A DNA stretch of 64,000 nt from an uncultured virus (IMG/VR IMGVR_UViG_2541047319_000002) (IMGVR_UViG_2541047319_000002); one strand, 5' to 3'. Shown: positions 18,697 to 29,680, counted from the first letter of the stretch. Notes: generated by a model not told the origin, from the letters alone. Numbers and translations are program-made.

Positions 18697-19473
18697 ATGG
18701 AGAATATAGAATTAACACCTAGAGATTATTTTGAAGATATTAAAAATAGAAAGCAAAAAAATACAAATGAAAAGCTTGATATAATATATGAAAACTCTTT
18801 GATTCTTTTAAACAAATATATTGTAACTGGTCAAAAAAAGGGTGCTAAGAAATTAATGTTTTTACTTGAATGTATTGAAAAAGAAAGAAATGTAATAGAG
18901 CTGGGAATAGATACATTTGTGTATAAAGAAGATATAGAAAAATATATTGATGATATATCTAAAAATACAGTAAAAATAATAGAACTTGAAAATTATGAAA
19001 GAGAAATACCAGATGAAATAGTAGAAATAATAGAGAAAACAAAAGATATATTTGATAAAATGTATGTTTTGTTTACTGATTATACAGGTAAAATTACAAA
19101 GGAAATAAGCAAAGAGAGAAGAGATAAAGACCCAATACTATTTGGTGTTTTTTCAGATGAGAAAAGCAGAGCTATTGTAGATAGATTCTATTATCTTGGA
19201 GATTGGGAAGATGAGTATTGTGATTTAACATTAGAGAAAATGATAAATGATTATAAGAAAAAAGGAAGACAAGACATATTAAAACATATAATTACACCTA
19301 AATCATTAGATGAGTTAAAAAAAGAATTAGATTCTTTAGAAAAAAATAATGATACATATAAGCAACTTGCCAATATAAAGCCATTACCTACTACAAAAAA
19401 CTCTAGTGTAGAACCACCTAAATTAAATATATTTAAAAAAATAAAAAATAGAGTATTTAAAAATGAAAAGTAA
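18697..19473 (+). CDS. Hypothetical phage protein
   Basis: AGGAGGG RBS; DPILFG...FYYLGDWEDEYCDLT. Confidence 0.75.
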   Translation: MENIELTPRDYFEDIKNRKQKNTNEKLDIIYENSLILLNKYIVTGQKKGAKKLMFLLECIEKERNVIELGIDTFVYKEDIEKYIDDISKNTVKIIELENYEREIPDEIVEIIEKTKDIFDKMYVLFTDYTGKITKEISKERRDKDPILFGVFSDEKSRAIVDRFYYLGDWEDEYCDLTLEKMINDYKKKGRQDILKHIITPKSLDELKKELDSLEKNNDTYKQLANIKPLPTTKNSSVEPPKLNIFKKIKNRVFKNEK

Positions 19474-19867
19474 TGTTGATTTAACAGAGAATAGGGATTT
19501 TAGAGCTGTAAGAGGAAGAGGCATCAATATTTTAGGTATCGAAGATGCACCAAATAGAATGTTGAATGGTTTTAGTGATTTTGGAATTGGACGTCTTTAT
19601 GGTAAAAATTTAGAATTTGAATTTAATAAAAATGAAGTATTTTTAACTGGAAATGCGAATGATAGAGAGGAAAAAAAGTTTCTTATACTTTGTGAAGAAA
19701 ATAAGGTGTGTGTCAGATGTGGAGATGAATTAAAAGAGAGATGGGATAAAGTAAGCATAGAACTATGTAATAAATGTTATGAAATGTTAGATGTTGAGTA
19801 TAAAAATAAAAAGATAATTAGAGAATTATTTTTTAGAGATAGAGATGTAAATATAGAGTTACTTTAA
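19463..19867 (+). CDS. Hypothetical Zn-finger protein
   Basis: CVRCG...LCNKC; overlaps upstream gene. Confidence 0.65.
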   Translation: MKSNVDLTENRDFRAVRGRGINILGIEDAPNRMLNGFSDFGIGRLYGKNLEFEFNKNEVFLTGNANDREEKKFLILCEENKVCVRCGDELKERWDKVSIELCNKCYEMLDVEYKNKKIIRELFFRDRDVNIELL

Positions 19868-19904
19868 GAGGTATATAAGAAAAATAAGTAGAGGAGGAAT
19901 TTAT

Positions 19905-20294
19905 ATGAAAGATGTTTGGTTATATAGTTGGGATGATGAATGTTTTAGAAGTGATGAATACGAAAGTAAAGAAGAAGCTGTCGAGGCAGCTAAGGAAGAA
20001 CTTAAGAGGCTCGGAGAAATTAAACGATGGGTTTATATTGAAAAAAAAGAAGAAGCTGATATTCCCGACATAGATGCAAAAGATGCTTTAGAATGTATTC
20101 AAAATAGAATTGATGACGAATACGGAGAATATGGAGAAGATTGGTTTGAAAATATACGTGCTGAAGACATATTGATACTAGAGAGTAGAATAAGCGAAGT
20201 ATTTAAAAAATGGATAGATGACTTTAAATATAAACCATATTGGTTTGCTGTTAGAGATATAGAAGAAATAGAACTAAAAAATGTTGTTAATTAA
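19905..20294 (+). CDS. Hypothetical phage protein
   Basis: GAGGAGG RBS. Confidence 0.7.
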   Translation: MKDVWLYSWDDECFRSDEYESKEEAVEAAKEELKRLGEIKRWVYIEKKEEADIPDIDAKDALECIQNRIDDEYGEYGEDWFENIRAEDILILESRISEVFKKWIDDFKYKPYWFAVRDIEEIELKNVVN

Positions 20295-20350
20295 AACTAG
20301 TATTTTCAATGATGACAACAGTATGACAAGAATAATGAGTATATAAAGGA

Positions 20351-20674
20351 GTGATGTTTATTAAAGGTTTTAGATGTATATGCAGACATAAGTTTTCAAG
20401 GATAAAAGATTGTTATTTGATTACAACAAAAAGTCAGCAGCATACTTGTAAGATTTGGGTGTGTAAATATTGTGGACAAATTGTAGCTGGTTCAACTCCT
20501 GTTTATCATCCTAATATGAAAGTCAATGAGTATTGTGTAAAGTGTGAGCTTTTAGCATGTTCAAATAATTATGAGGGATATTGTAACTCTAAAGATAAAG
20601 AAATTGAATTTAAGTCTATTTGCTTAGAAGATAATAAAGAGATTTTGCAGTGTAAAAATTTTGATTTGGAATAA
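20351..20674 (+). CDS. Hypothetical Cys-rich protein
   Basis: Multiple CxxC; AAGGAG RBS. Confidence 0.6.
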   Translation: MMFIKGFRCICRHKFSRIKDCYLITTKSQQHTCKIWVCKYCGQIVAGSTPVYHPNMKVNEYCVKCELLACSNNYEGYCNSKDKEIEFKSICLEDNKEILQCKNFDLE

Positions 20675-20704
20675 AATTTAGCTTAAGTAGGAGAATTTTA
20701 GAAT

Positions 20705-20888
20705 ATGAAAATAAATGTACATGTTAAAACTAATAAAATTGGTTCAGACTGTAAGCTGGAGTTTGAAATAGATGATGATGATTTAAAAGATATGTCTGAT
20801 GAAGAGAGAGGATTATATAGATAAAATTGCATGGGATTATGTTTTTGAAAATTTTATAGATTGGAATTGGTATGAGGTTGAAGATTAA
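20705..20888 (+). pseudogene. Small acidic phage gene frameshifted in a GA repeat at ~20803-20810
   Basis: Adding one GA gives ...MSDEEREDYIDKIAWDYVFENFIDWNWYEVED*. Confidence 0.6.
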
Positions 20889-20942
20889 GTTAAAACAAAT
20901 GTTTTAATGTGATTTTACCTAGTAGGTACAAGGAGGTTTTTA

Positions 20943-21344
20943 ATGAAAGAGCTTTTAGAAGTAAAAAAAATATTTGATAGTTTAGCATCTACATCTAGTA
21001 GAAAAGAAAAAGAGAGAATATTAGAAAAATATAAAAATAAGAGAATGTTTGTTGAATGTTTACAATTTCTGCTAGATTCAAATATTCTCACTGGAATATC
21101 TAAGAATAAAATATGTAAGAATCTAAATAATACTAGTCATAATGAATTAGAGAACATATATGATATGCTTGACTATTTAATTAAGAATAATACTGGCAGA
21201 AATATAGATGTAAAAACAATACAAGTATTTGCCAGTAAAGATGAAAAATTAAAAGATTTTATTTTTAACTTAGCTACAAAATCAATTAAATTAGGAATAA
21301 CATATAAGACTGTAGACAAAATAATGCCAGGTTTAATTATCTAA
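20943..21344 (+). pseudogene. N-terminal DNA-binding domain of an ATP-dependent DNA ligase, truncated before the catalytic domain
   Basis: LASTSSRKEKERIL...TGIS...NNTGR...IKLGITYKTVDKIMPGLI then stop; no KxDG adenylation motif follows. Confidence 0.65.
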
Positions 21345-21364
21345 TAAATTTTGTGTTTTTTACA

Positions 21365-21425
21365 AAAAACTATTGAGAACATAGAGGTTATATGATATAA
21401 TAAAAATATATTGAGAACAGAGAAG
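21365..21425 (+). promoter_or_regulatory. Strong SigA promoter with duplicated GAGAACA(T/G)AGA boxes
   Basis: TTGAGA 21373, 17 bp, TGnTATAAT 21396; near-identical promoter at 39955-40018. Confidence 0.75.
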
Positions 21426-21446
21426 TTAAAAAGGGGGGGCAATGAG

Positions 21447-21950
21447 ATGACTGACAAAATAATAATAGCAAGTGTAGATGGAGAGGAAATGATATTTAGA
21501 ACTGAAATGAAAAAGTTAGAAAAAGGAGATAGTCTTATAGTTTCTGTAAATGGTGTAAAAAGATTAGCTCTATTCATTAGGTATATAAGTACTTGTGAAG
21601 AATATATAGAAGATATAGCATTTCAAAAAGTAGATGATATATTATATGAAAACACAATTGCCAAAGAAAAAGAAAGAGTTAAAAAGGTATTTAAAGATAA
21701 GTGTATGAAAAATTATAAACCTATTGTTAATACAGAAATAGACTCTTATTTGAGGGAATGTGGTTTCAATTGTGATGGTAGACAATTTTTCAAAAGTATA
21801 GACAATACACAAATTTTAATTAGCAGGGATTGTGATAAAGATGTTTTGACTGTATCGAAAGGTTTGACAATAACTAAAACAGATATAACAAATAAAAATT
21901 TAATTACAGTTATTAAAATAATAAATAATAGTCTATTAATAGTTAGGTAA
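21447..21950 (+). CDS. Hypothetical protein
   Basis: GGGGGG RBS before in-frame ATG. Confidence 0.65.
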   Translation: MTDKIIIASVDGEEMIFRTEMKKLEKGDSLIVSVNGVKRLALFIRYISTCEEYIEDIAFQKVDDILYENTIAKEKERVKKVFKDKCMKNYKPIVNTEIDSYLRECGFNCDGRQFFKSIDNTQILISRDCDKDVLTVSKGLTITKTDITNKNLITVIKIINNSLLIVR

Positions 21951-22009
21951 TAGAAATAAATATTGAACTTTTAATAAGAAAAAAGATTTTAAATAAAAGG
22001 AGTGATTTA

Positions 22010-24235
22010 ATGAAGAATGTTGTTAAAAGAGATGGGAGGATAGTTCCCTTTGATGAAAAGAAAATAATAAATGCAATAGAAAAAAGCTTTTTATCATTAA
22101 GGAACAAAGGAAAAAGTGAAGTATTTGATAGAGAATTAGCAACACTAATAGCTAAAAAAATAAAAAATAAACCATGTGAAAAAATGCATATAGAAGATAT
22201 ACAAGATATAATCGAATTTAGCTTAATGGCTAGTAAAAAGAAAGATGTCGCTAAAGAATATATAACATACAGAGAGAAAAGAAATATAGCAAGAGGAAGA
22301 AAAACTTATAATGATTATATGTCTATTGTAAATACTGAAAGTAATGATATAACTAAAGAAAATGCAAATATGAACGCAGATACTCCAGCAGGTATGATGA
22401 TGAAGTTTGCAAGTGAAACTACTAAAACTTTTACTGACCATGTACTTTTATCTGAAGAAGCAAAAGAAGCAATGATGGATAATTATATACATATACATGA
22501 TAAAGACTATTATCCTACGAAATCATTGACTTGTATCCAACATCCTTTAGATAAAATTTTTAATAATGGTTTTAGAGCGGGACATGGCTCTAGTAGACCT
22601 ACTAAAAGAATAGAGACTTCAAGTATATTAGGATGTATTAGTTTAGAGACTGTACAAAATGAAATGCATGGAGGACAGGCGATACCAGCTTTTGATTTTT
22701 ATAATGCTCAGAGTGTAAGAAAAACATTTATAGAAGAAATAAAAAATATAGAAATAAAGGATGATATTGATTTATCTCATTTATACAATATAGAAATAGA
22801 GGATTATATAATTAAGGACTTAAAAGAATTAGACAGCGAAAAAAGAAATGTTCAACATGCTATAAACAGAACTGTATGGAGAGTTCATCAATCAATGGAG
22901 TCATTTATACATAATATGAACACAATTCATTCAAGGGGTGGAAATCAGGTCGTGTTTAGTTCTATAAATTATGGTACAGATACTTCAGCAGAAGGTAGAT
23001 GTATAATAAGAGAAATACTAAAATCTACTTATGAAGGAGTCGGAAATGGAGAAACACCAATTTTCCCAATTCAAATCTGGAAAGTGAAAGAAGGTGTGAA
23101 CTATAATCCTACTGATAGAAATTATGACTTATATGAATTAGCATGTAAAGTATCAGCTAAAAGATTTTTCCCTAATTTTTTAAATTTAGATGCAACCTTC
23201 AATAAGCATGTAAAATGGAAAATGTGCGACCCAAACAGATATATTTATGAAGTAGCAACAATGGGGTGTCGTACAAGGGTATTTGAAGATTTGCATGGAG
23301 AAAAAACAAGTATAGGAAGAGGAAATCTATCTTTTACGACTCTTAATTTAGTAAAAATGGCATTAGAGGCTAAAGAAAAATATCCAAATAATGAAGCTAA
23401 TAGAGTTGCAGAGTTTATTTTTCTTCTTGATAAATATTCAGATGTAGTAGCAAGACAATTATATGATAGATACTTATTTCAATGTACTGCTAAAGCAAAA
23501 CAGTTTCCACTATTAATGAGTGGGTTATGGAAAAACTCAGAAAATTTAAATCCAAATGATGATGTAAGCGAAGTTTTAAAGCATGGAACACTTGGGGTAG
23601 GATTTATAGGTCTAGCAGAATGTTTAATAGCTCTTATAGGTGAACATCATGGTGAAAGCGAAAAGGCACAAAAATTAGGTTTAGAAATCATATCACTTCT
23701 AAAGTCTAAAGTAGAAAAATATAAAAAGAAATATAACCTCAATTATTCTGTATTAGGCACACCCGCAGAAGGTCTTTCTGGAAAATTTACTCAAAAAGAT
23801 AAAAAAATATTTGGAGAAATAAAAAATATTACAGACAAAGATTATTATACTAATAGTTCTCATGTTCCAGTTTGGTATAACTGCAATGTTGAACATAAAG
23901 CGAAAATAGAAGCACCTTACCATGAATTAGAAGGTGGTGGCCACATATTTTATGTTGAATTAGATGGGGATGCAACACATAATCCTAAAGCTATAATGAA
24001 AGTTGTGGATTTAATGAAAAAGTACAATATGGGATATGGTTCTGTAAATCATACAAGAAGTAGATGTATGAATTGTGGTTTTGAAAACGCAGATTCAGAG
24101 TTAAAAGAATGTCCTAAATGTGGCAGCAATAGTATAAATATTATCCAAAGAATTACAGGTTATTTAGTTGGAACTACGGATAGCTGGAATAATGCAAAAT
24201 TAGCTGAGTTAAAGGATAGAGTCACACATGGATAA
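22010..24235 (+). CDS. nrdD: Anaerobic (class III) ribonucleoside-triphosphate reductase
   Basis: ATP cone VVKRDG; MGCRT; YYTNSSHVP; CxxC...CxxC; glycyl radical RITGYL. Confidence 0.97.
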   Translation: MKNVVKRDGRIVPFDEKKIINAIEKSFLSLRNKGKSEVFDRELATLIAKKIKNKPCEKMHIEDIQDIIEFSLMASKKKDVAKEYITYREKRNIARGRKTYNDYMSIVNTESNDITKENANMNADTPAGMMMKFASETTKTFTDHVLLSEEAKEAMMDNYIHIHDKDYYPTKSLTCIQHPLDKIFNNGFRAGHGSSRPTKRIETSSILGCISLETVQNEMHGGQAIPAFDFYNAQSVRKTFIEEIKNIEIKDDIDLSHLYNIEIEDYIIKDLKELDSEKRNVQHAINRTVWRVHQSMESFIHNMNTIHSRGGNQVVFSSINYGTDTSAEGRCIIREILKSTYEGVGNGETPIFPIQIWKVKEGVNYNPTDRNYDLYELACKVSAKRFFPNFLNLDATFNKHVKWKMCDPNRYIYEVATMGCRTRVFEDLHGEKTSIGRGNLSFTTLNLVKMALEAKEKYPNNEANRVAEFIFLLDKYSDVVARQLYDRYLFQCTAKAKQFPLLMSGLWKNSENLNPNDDVSEVLKHGTLGVGFIGLAECLIALIGEHHGESEKAQKLGLEIISLLKSKVEKYKKKYNLNYSVLGTPAEGLSGKFTQKDKKIFGEIKNITDKDYYTNSSHVPVWYNCNVEHKAKIEAPYHELEGGGHIFYVELDGDATHNPKAIMKVVDLMKKYNMGYGSVNHTRSRCMNCGFENADSELKECPKCGSNSINIIQRITGYLVGTTDSWNNAKLAELKDRVTHG

Positions 24236-24725
24236 AGACTATATTTATATTTTAGATATAAAACATGACACAATTGTTGATGGAGAAGGGTTTAGAACAT
24301 CTATTTATTGTTCTGGATGTAATCATATGTGTAGAGGCTGCCACAATCCTCAATCTTGGGATATAAAAAATGGAACTTTAACTAAAGTATTAGATATTTA
24401 TAAGGAAATCATTTCAAATAAATTTTCAGATGTAACATTTTCAGGAGGAGACCCACTTCTACAACTGCAAGGATTTGTTCATTTAGCTAAATTAATTAAA
24501 AAGAATACAAACAAAACAATATGGTGTTATACAGGTTTTAAGTTTGAGGAACTCATAACAGACAATGAAAAGCTAGAATTGTTAAAATTAATAGATGTTC
24601 TTGTGGATGGAAAATTTGAAGAAGATAAAAAATCTTTAGAGTTGATTTTTAAAGGTTCGTCAAATCAAAGGATAATTGATGTTCAAAAAACATTATATGA
24701 AAAACAAATAGTATTATATGAATAA
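24228..24725 (+). CDS. nrdG: Class III RNR activating radical-SAM enzyme
   Basis: DGEGFR, CNHMCRGCHNP, SGGDP, GSSNQR. Confidence 0.97.
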   Translation: MDKDYIYILDIKHDTIVDGEGFRTSIYCSGCNHMCRGCHNPQSWDIKNGTLTKVLDIYKEIISNKFSDVTFSGGDPLLQLQGFVHLAKLIKKNTNKTIWCYTGFKFEELITDNEKLELLKLIDVLVDGKFEEDKKSLELIFKGSSNQRIIDVQKTLYEKQIVLYE

Positions 24726-24925
24726 GAGAGGCTTAGCCCTCTCTTTGGAGGTAAGTGTTATGACCAAAGAAGAATTTATTACTAAATTTCTTAAAGAACA
24801 GCAGAGAAGAATAAAGGTTTTATATTATGAAGTTGAAAATTTCAAGATGGATAGAAGGTTTAATGAGAGGAAAAAGTCTAGGAGACATTAAAATGTTTCT
24901 TTTAATATAAGGAGGAAGTAGCTAT

Positions 24926-25333
24926 ATGTATTTTGAAACGGACATTATAAAAAATAAGAATACTGTAAATAAAATAATAAAATATTGTGGTGGAAATACT
25001 GAAAAATTGAAAGATTGGCTAAAAGAAATAGAAAATAAAAGTATCAGTAGTTTAGAAGAATTAAAAGAATATCCATTAAAAAGAAATTATAAATTTGTAT
25101 TTTCCAAAGAAGAAGCTCCTAATTTAGATAAGCTTATAAAAATGAAACTAAGAGATAATTGTTTAGAAAAATGTGAGATTTGTAGTTTAGAAAATCTCTT
25201 AAGTATGCTAAATGATGAGATTTTAGATTTAAATAAAGAAGATATCTCTTATGAAGATAATATTGAATGGATTGAAAATTGTAAAGAAGAACTAATTAAA
25301 TTAAAGGTAGGAAGTATTTGCATAGATTGGTAG
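24926..25333 (+). CDS. Hypothetical protein
   Basis: AAGGAGG RBS. Confidence 0.7.
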   Translation: MYFETDIIKNKNTVNKIIKYCGGNTEKLKDWLKEIENKSISSLEELKEYPLKRNYKFVFSKEEAPNLDKLIKMKLRDNCLEKCEICSLENLLSMLNDEILDLNKEDISYEDNIEWIENCKEELIKLKVGSICIDW

Positions 25334-25345
25334 AAAAATAAAGGA

Positions 25346-25882
25346 GTGAGATTTTGGTGTGAGAATTGTAATAAATACTTCAATGCGGAAGAAACATTAC
25401 AGGAATATAATTATTTTTTAAATGAAGAGATACTTATATGCCCTAGTTGCAAAAAAGATTTAATACCTATAGCTAGGGAAACAGAATTATCATTAGGTTT
25501 TGATAGTGATACAAACCAATTAACTTATGTTGAATATGATTCTAGTGATTATAGTTTACTTAGAAAGGTAAATGCAGATGTTGAAGATGTAGTAAAACCT
25601 ATAATACATTACATAAGAAATTTAAATAAAAATAGTTTAGATTTAAATGGAATTACAATAACAATGAATGGTAATAGAGAAGGAAAAAGACTTGATGGAT
25701 TAAATTATGAAGAAGGAGTGGTTATGGATAATTTGATAAATGCATGGAATGGATTTTGCAAATTAAAAAGACAGCATCCTTCTGAGTTAGGAGATTTTCA
25801 AAATGCTATACATCAAGCTCAACAAGTATTAGGGTTAAGAGTTTTAAGAAATGATTATCCAAAAGGTTGGATTAAAAAATAA
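25346..25882 (+). CDS. Hypothetical protein, Zn-ribbon N-terminus (possibly a fusion of two small genes)
   Basis: CENC...CPSC; C-terminal NAWN...QHPSELGDFQNAIHQAQ module. Confidence 0.65.
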   Translation: MRFWCENCNKYFNAEETLQEYNYFLNEEILICPSCKKDLIPIARETELSLGFDSDTNQLTYVEYDSSDYSLLRKVNADVEDVVKPIIHYIRNLNKNSLDLNGITITMNGNREGKRLDGLNYEEGVVMDNLINAWNGFCKLKRQHPSELGDFQNAIHQAQQVLGLRVLRNDYPKGWIKK

Positions 25883-25902
25883 ATATAATAAGGAGAGAAA
25901 CC

Positions 25903-26301
25903 ATGTCTACAAAAACTATATTAAAAAATATAGATATAAAAGATGATAAAGCAGCAGAAAGACTAATATCAGCTTTGGAAGAGTCGGAAAATAAACAAGA
26001 TTCAGATTTAGATATTAAAAAGATATTTGAATTAATAGACAATTCTATTTCCTCTTATATTATATATGGAACTCCAAAAGCATTAAGTAAATTTGAAAGT
26101 ATCTTAAATATCTTTAAAATAGACAAAGCAAATTCTCAACATGTCCAAAAATTTATAAAAGTACCAGCAATAGATTTAGGTAAATACTGTGATTATAAAA
26201 ATAATAAAGCCCTTTTTGATGATAATACAGTGTACATTATTCCAAAAGATACAAAATTAAAAATATATAAAGACGAATATAAGTATGTTGTTTTGAAATA
26301 G
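25903..26301 (+). CDS. Hypothetical protein
   Basis: AAGGAG RBS. Confidence 0.65.
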   Translation: MSTKTILKNIDIKDDKAAERLISALEESENKQDSDLDIKKIFELIDNSISSYIIYGTPKALSKFESILNIFKIDKANSQHVQKFIKVPAIDLGKYCDYKNNKALFDDNTVYIIPKDTKLKIYKDEYKYVVLK

Positions 26302-26330
26302 ATGATGATATATATAAAAAGGAGGTTTTA

Positions 26331-26610
26331 ATGACCAAATATAAAATAGAAGATAGAACTAATCTTATAATTCATCAATCTAAAAAACATAATATTACCT
26401 TTACTTTAATTCTAGAAAATGAAGATAAAAGAGAAATGCTTAAAAAAGTTTTAAGATGCTTAAAGAAGGAACGTATTGTGTTTCTATTGAAGGTAAATTA
26501 AGCAGTGAGGAAGTAGAATTAGGAAATGTTACAATAACAATGTTTGTAGATGGAAATATTATTTTAAAAATGGATGTGTTGAAATATCTGGTGAGTATAA
26601 AGTTGAATAG
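26331..26610 (+). pseudogene. Probable frameshifted hypothetical gene
   Basis: AAGGAGG RBS + ATG at 26331; the frame breaks near a duplicated ATGCTTAAA (~26436-26464) and coding-like sequence continues in another frame. Confidence 0.4.
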
Positions 26611-26632
26611 ATAAATAAAATTAGAGGGGAGA

Positions 26633-28681
26633 ATGAATATGGAATTTAATAATTTTAAAAAACAAGTTCAAGAGAGATTTAATAAAATGACAACTGGAAT
26701 CTCTTATATATATGAAGTAGATTTAGATAAAGATAGGCTGTGGAATTTATATTTAGATAGTTTTCCAGAAGGTACAAACGAAATATTTAGAGAGAGAAGA
26801 GAATATGATTGCTCTTGTTGTAGGCAATTTATTAAAAATATAGGAAATGTAGTAACTATAAAGGATAATAAAATATCATCAATCTGGGACATAGACACAG
26901 ATTGTCCTACATTTAAACCTGTTGTAAAAGCACTATCTGAATATGTTAAATCTCATAATATAAATGATATATATGTAAGTAAATTTAAGAAAATAGGAAC
27001 TGATAAAAATTTTGAAAACACATCTGAAAAAGTATATGAATGGAATCATTTATATATAGAATTACCTGATAGATTTGTGGATGAAACTAATAAATCTGTA
27101 GGAGATATTAAAGGAAGAATTAGAGATGTTAAGAATGTATTTAAACGTTCATTGGATGAAATAAGCGAAGATAGTGTATCTATAGTGCTAGACTTAATAA
27201 ATCAAAAGTCTCTCTATAAGGGGGAGGAATGGCAAAACCCATTGATAGAATTTCTAAAATATAAAAGAAATTATATTAAATTACAAACTGAAACTGATAA
27301 GCAAAATTTCGCATGGGAACAATCTGTAAAAGCTGGAGTTGTTATAGGTAAAATAAGAAATCATAGTATTGGTACTTTATTACTTGATATATCAGAAGGA
27401 GTTGAATTAGATAAAGCTGTAAGTAGATATGAAAAAATAGTAGCTCCATCTAACTATAAAAGACCAAAGGCGATATATACTAAAAAAATGTTAGACGAAG
27501 CAAAGAAAACTATAACTGAACTAGGATATATGGATTCACTTCAAAGAAGACACGCTACAATAGATGATATTACTGTAAATAACATATTATTTGTTAATAA
27601 GGATTCAGCAAAACAAATGGGAGAATTTGATATATTTGATGAAATGTCTAAAGGCATAGGTATAGATTCTAAGAAGTTTTCAAAAGTAGAAGAATTAAAT
27701 ATAGAAGAGTTTATTCAAAATGTTCTACCCACATCAAAAGAAGTTGAACTGTTATTAGAAAATAGACATATAGACAATTTTGTATCATTAATAGCACCAG
27801 TTAATAAGGAGGCCAAATCAATGTTGAAATGGGATAATAACTTTGGATGGGCTTACGCTGGAAATATGACAGATAGTAGCATGAAGGAGAATGTTAAAAA
27901 TGCAGGTGGAAAAGTAGATGGCGTATTAAGATTTAGTATTCAATGGAATGATACCGAATTCGATAACAACGATTTAGATGCTCATTGTATAGAACCAAAT
28001 GGAAATCATATATATTTTGGTAATAAAACGAATTACTCTACAACTGGTATGTTAGATATAGATATAATGCATCCAAAAAGAGGTAATGTTGCAGTTGAAA
28101 ATATAACTTGGTCTGATATAAACAAAATGAGATTAGGTACATATAAGTTTTATGTAAATAATTACTCGAAGAGAAGTGGAATATCTGGATTTAGAGCTGA
28201 AATAGAGTTTAATGGTGAAATTTATTCATTTGATTATAACAAACCTTTAAGAGATGGAGAAAATGTAATGGTTGCTGAAGTAACGTTAGATATAGGTAAT
28301 AGATTTAAAATTAAGCCATTGTTACCTTCTAATGTTTCAAATAAAGAAATATGGGGATTAACTACAAATCAATTTATACCTGTAAGTGTAATAATGAACT
28401 CTCCTAATTATTGGGATGGGCAACAAGGAATAGGAAATAAACATTATTTCTTTATGTTGAAAGATTGTATAAATGAAGAAACAGTAAATGGTTTTTATAA
28501 TGAATATCTAAAAAATGATTTAAATGTACATAGAAAAGTTTTTGAAGCACTAGGAAGTAAAATGTATGTTCCTTTTAGTGAAAATCAAATGAGTGGATTA
28601 GGGTTTAGCTCTACCAGAAGAAATGAAGTAATTGTAAAAGTTAGAGGAAGTTATGAAAGAATATTAAAAATAAAATTCTAA
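26633..28681 (+). CDS. Large phage protein with C-terminal YfaP/DUF2135-like beta domain
   Basis: LRFSIQWND...DLDAHCIEP...GMLDIDI...AVENITW; N-terminal CSCCRQF. Confidence 0.7.
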   Translation: MNMEFNNFKKQVQERFNKMTTGISYIYEVDLDKDRLWNLYLDSFPEGTNEIFRERREYDCSCCRQFIKNIGNVVTIKDNKISSIWDIDTDCPTFKPVVKALSEYVKSHNINDIYVSKFKKIGTDKNFENTSEKVYEWNHLYIELPDRFVDETNKSVGDIKGRIRDVKNVFKRSLDEISEDSVSIVLDLINQKSLYKGEEWQNPLIEFLKYKRNYIKLQTETDKQNFAWEQSVKAGVVIGKIRNHSIGTLLLDISEGVELDKAVSRYEKIVAPSNYKRPKAIYTKKMLDEAKKTITELGYMDSLQRRHATIDDITVNNILFVNKDSAKQMGEFDIFDEMSKGIGIDSKKFSKVEELNIEEFIQNVLPTSKEVELLLENRHIDNFVSLIAPVNKEAKSMLKWDNNFGWAYAGNMTDSSMKENVKNAGGKVDGVLRFSIQWNDTEFDNNDLDAHCIEPNGNHIYFGNKTNYSTTGMLDIDIMHPKRGNVAVENITWSDINKMRLGTYKFYVNNYSKRSGISGFRAEIEFNGEIYSFDYNKPLRDGENVMVAEVTLDIGNRFKIKPLLPSNVSNKEIWGLTTNQFIPVSVIMNSPNYWDGQQGIGNKHYFFMLKDCINEETVNGFYNEYLKNDLNVHRKVFEALGSKMYVPFSENQMSGLGFSSTRRNEVIVKVRGSYERILKIKF

Positions 28682-28705
28682 AGAGAGAGAGAGGTAAATA
28701 ATAGT

Positions 28706-29086
28706 ATGGAAAATGTATTTGAGATGGCAACAAGAAATAAATTTAGATTTGAATTTAGAGGATTAATTTCAGTTGAGGATTTATGGGATTTAAAATTGGA
28801 GCAGTTAGACGAAGTATATAAAACCTTAACAACAGATATGAAAAAAGCTAATGAGGAGAGCTTATTAAAGATAAAAACAAAAGACCAAAAGGAAGTAGAA
28901 TTAAAAATAAAAATAGTTAAATATATAGTAGAGTTAAGACTTGCAGAAATAGAAAATAGAAATAAAGAAAAGAAGAAAAAAGAACAAAAGCAACATATAT
29001 TAGAGCTAATAAATAAGAAGGAAAATCAAGAATTGGAAAATAAATCAATAGAAGAATTAAAATCAATGATTAATAGTTTAGAGTAG
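28706..29086 (+). CDS. Hypothetical coiled-coil protein
   Basis: FRGLISVEDLWDL; GAGGT RBS. Confidence 0.7.
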   Translation: MENVFEMATRNKFRFEFRGLISVEDLWDLKLEQLDEVYKTLTTDMKKANEESLLKIKTKDQKEVELKIKIVKYIVELRLAEIENRNKEKKKKEQKQHILELINKKENQELENKSIEELKSMINSLE

Positions 29087-29094
29087 TTCTAGTA

Positions 29095-29124
29095 AAAGAT
29101 GCTCTTGTTTAATAGAGCATCTTT
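29095..29124 (+). terminator. Intrinsic terminator
   Basis: AAAGATGCTCT-tgtttaat-AGAGCATCTTT. Confidence 0.7.
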
Positions 29125-29163
29125 GAATAAAAAACAGATTCTAATAAGAAAGGGTATTAGAAT

Positions 29164-29385
29164 GTGGATAGTAAAATAGAAGTTGGAAGCATATGGGGAT
29201 TAGAAGATGGGATAGCACAACCTCAATATGTAGGAACAAAAGTTAAAGTGGTTTCTATTTCATATATAGAAGAATTTAATAAAAGACTTATAACGTTTAT
29301 GGAAATTGAAGAAAAAGAAGAAGATACTTGGATAGATGCAGATTGGGAAGATGTTTTTTTAAATGTTTTCTTTAAATTAGACTAA
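29164..29385 (+). CDS. Hypothetical protein bounded by two junction palindromes
   Basis: ORF between sites at 29127 and 29386. Confidence 0.6.
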   Translation: MDSKIEVGSIWGLEDGIAQPQYVGTKVKVVSISYIEEFNKRLITFMEIEEKEEDTWIDADWEDVFLNVFFKLD

Positions 29386-29680
29386 TTAAAACAACAGTTT
29401 TAAGATGAATAAAATTTAAAAGGAGGATTAATAAATATGGATAACAAAGTATTGATACAGTTAACGAATGGAGCAATTATTAAGGAGAAAGATACTAAAT
29501 GTATTCTAAAGGCAATGTAGTAAAAGTGTGGTGCTATCAGTGTGAAAAAATAGAATATCAAGAATTTGTAGGATATTTTAATTGTTATTTTGATAATTAT
29601 AAATTAAAGAAACGATGGAAATGCTCTAAGTGTGGTGTTATCAATAATTTTTAACAATTTAATTAATGGAGGAGTGAGTT

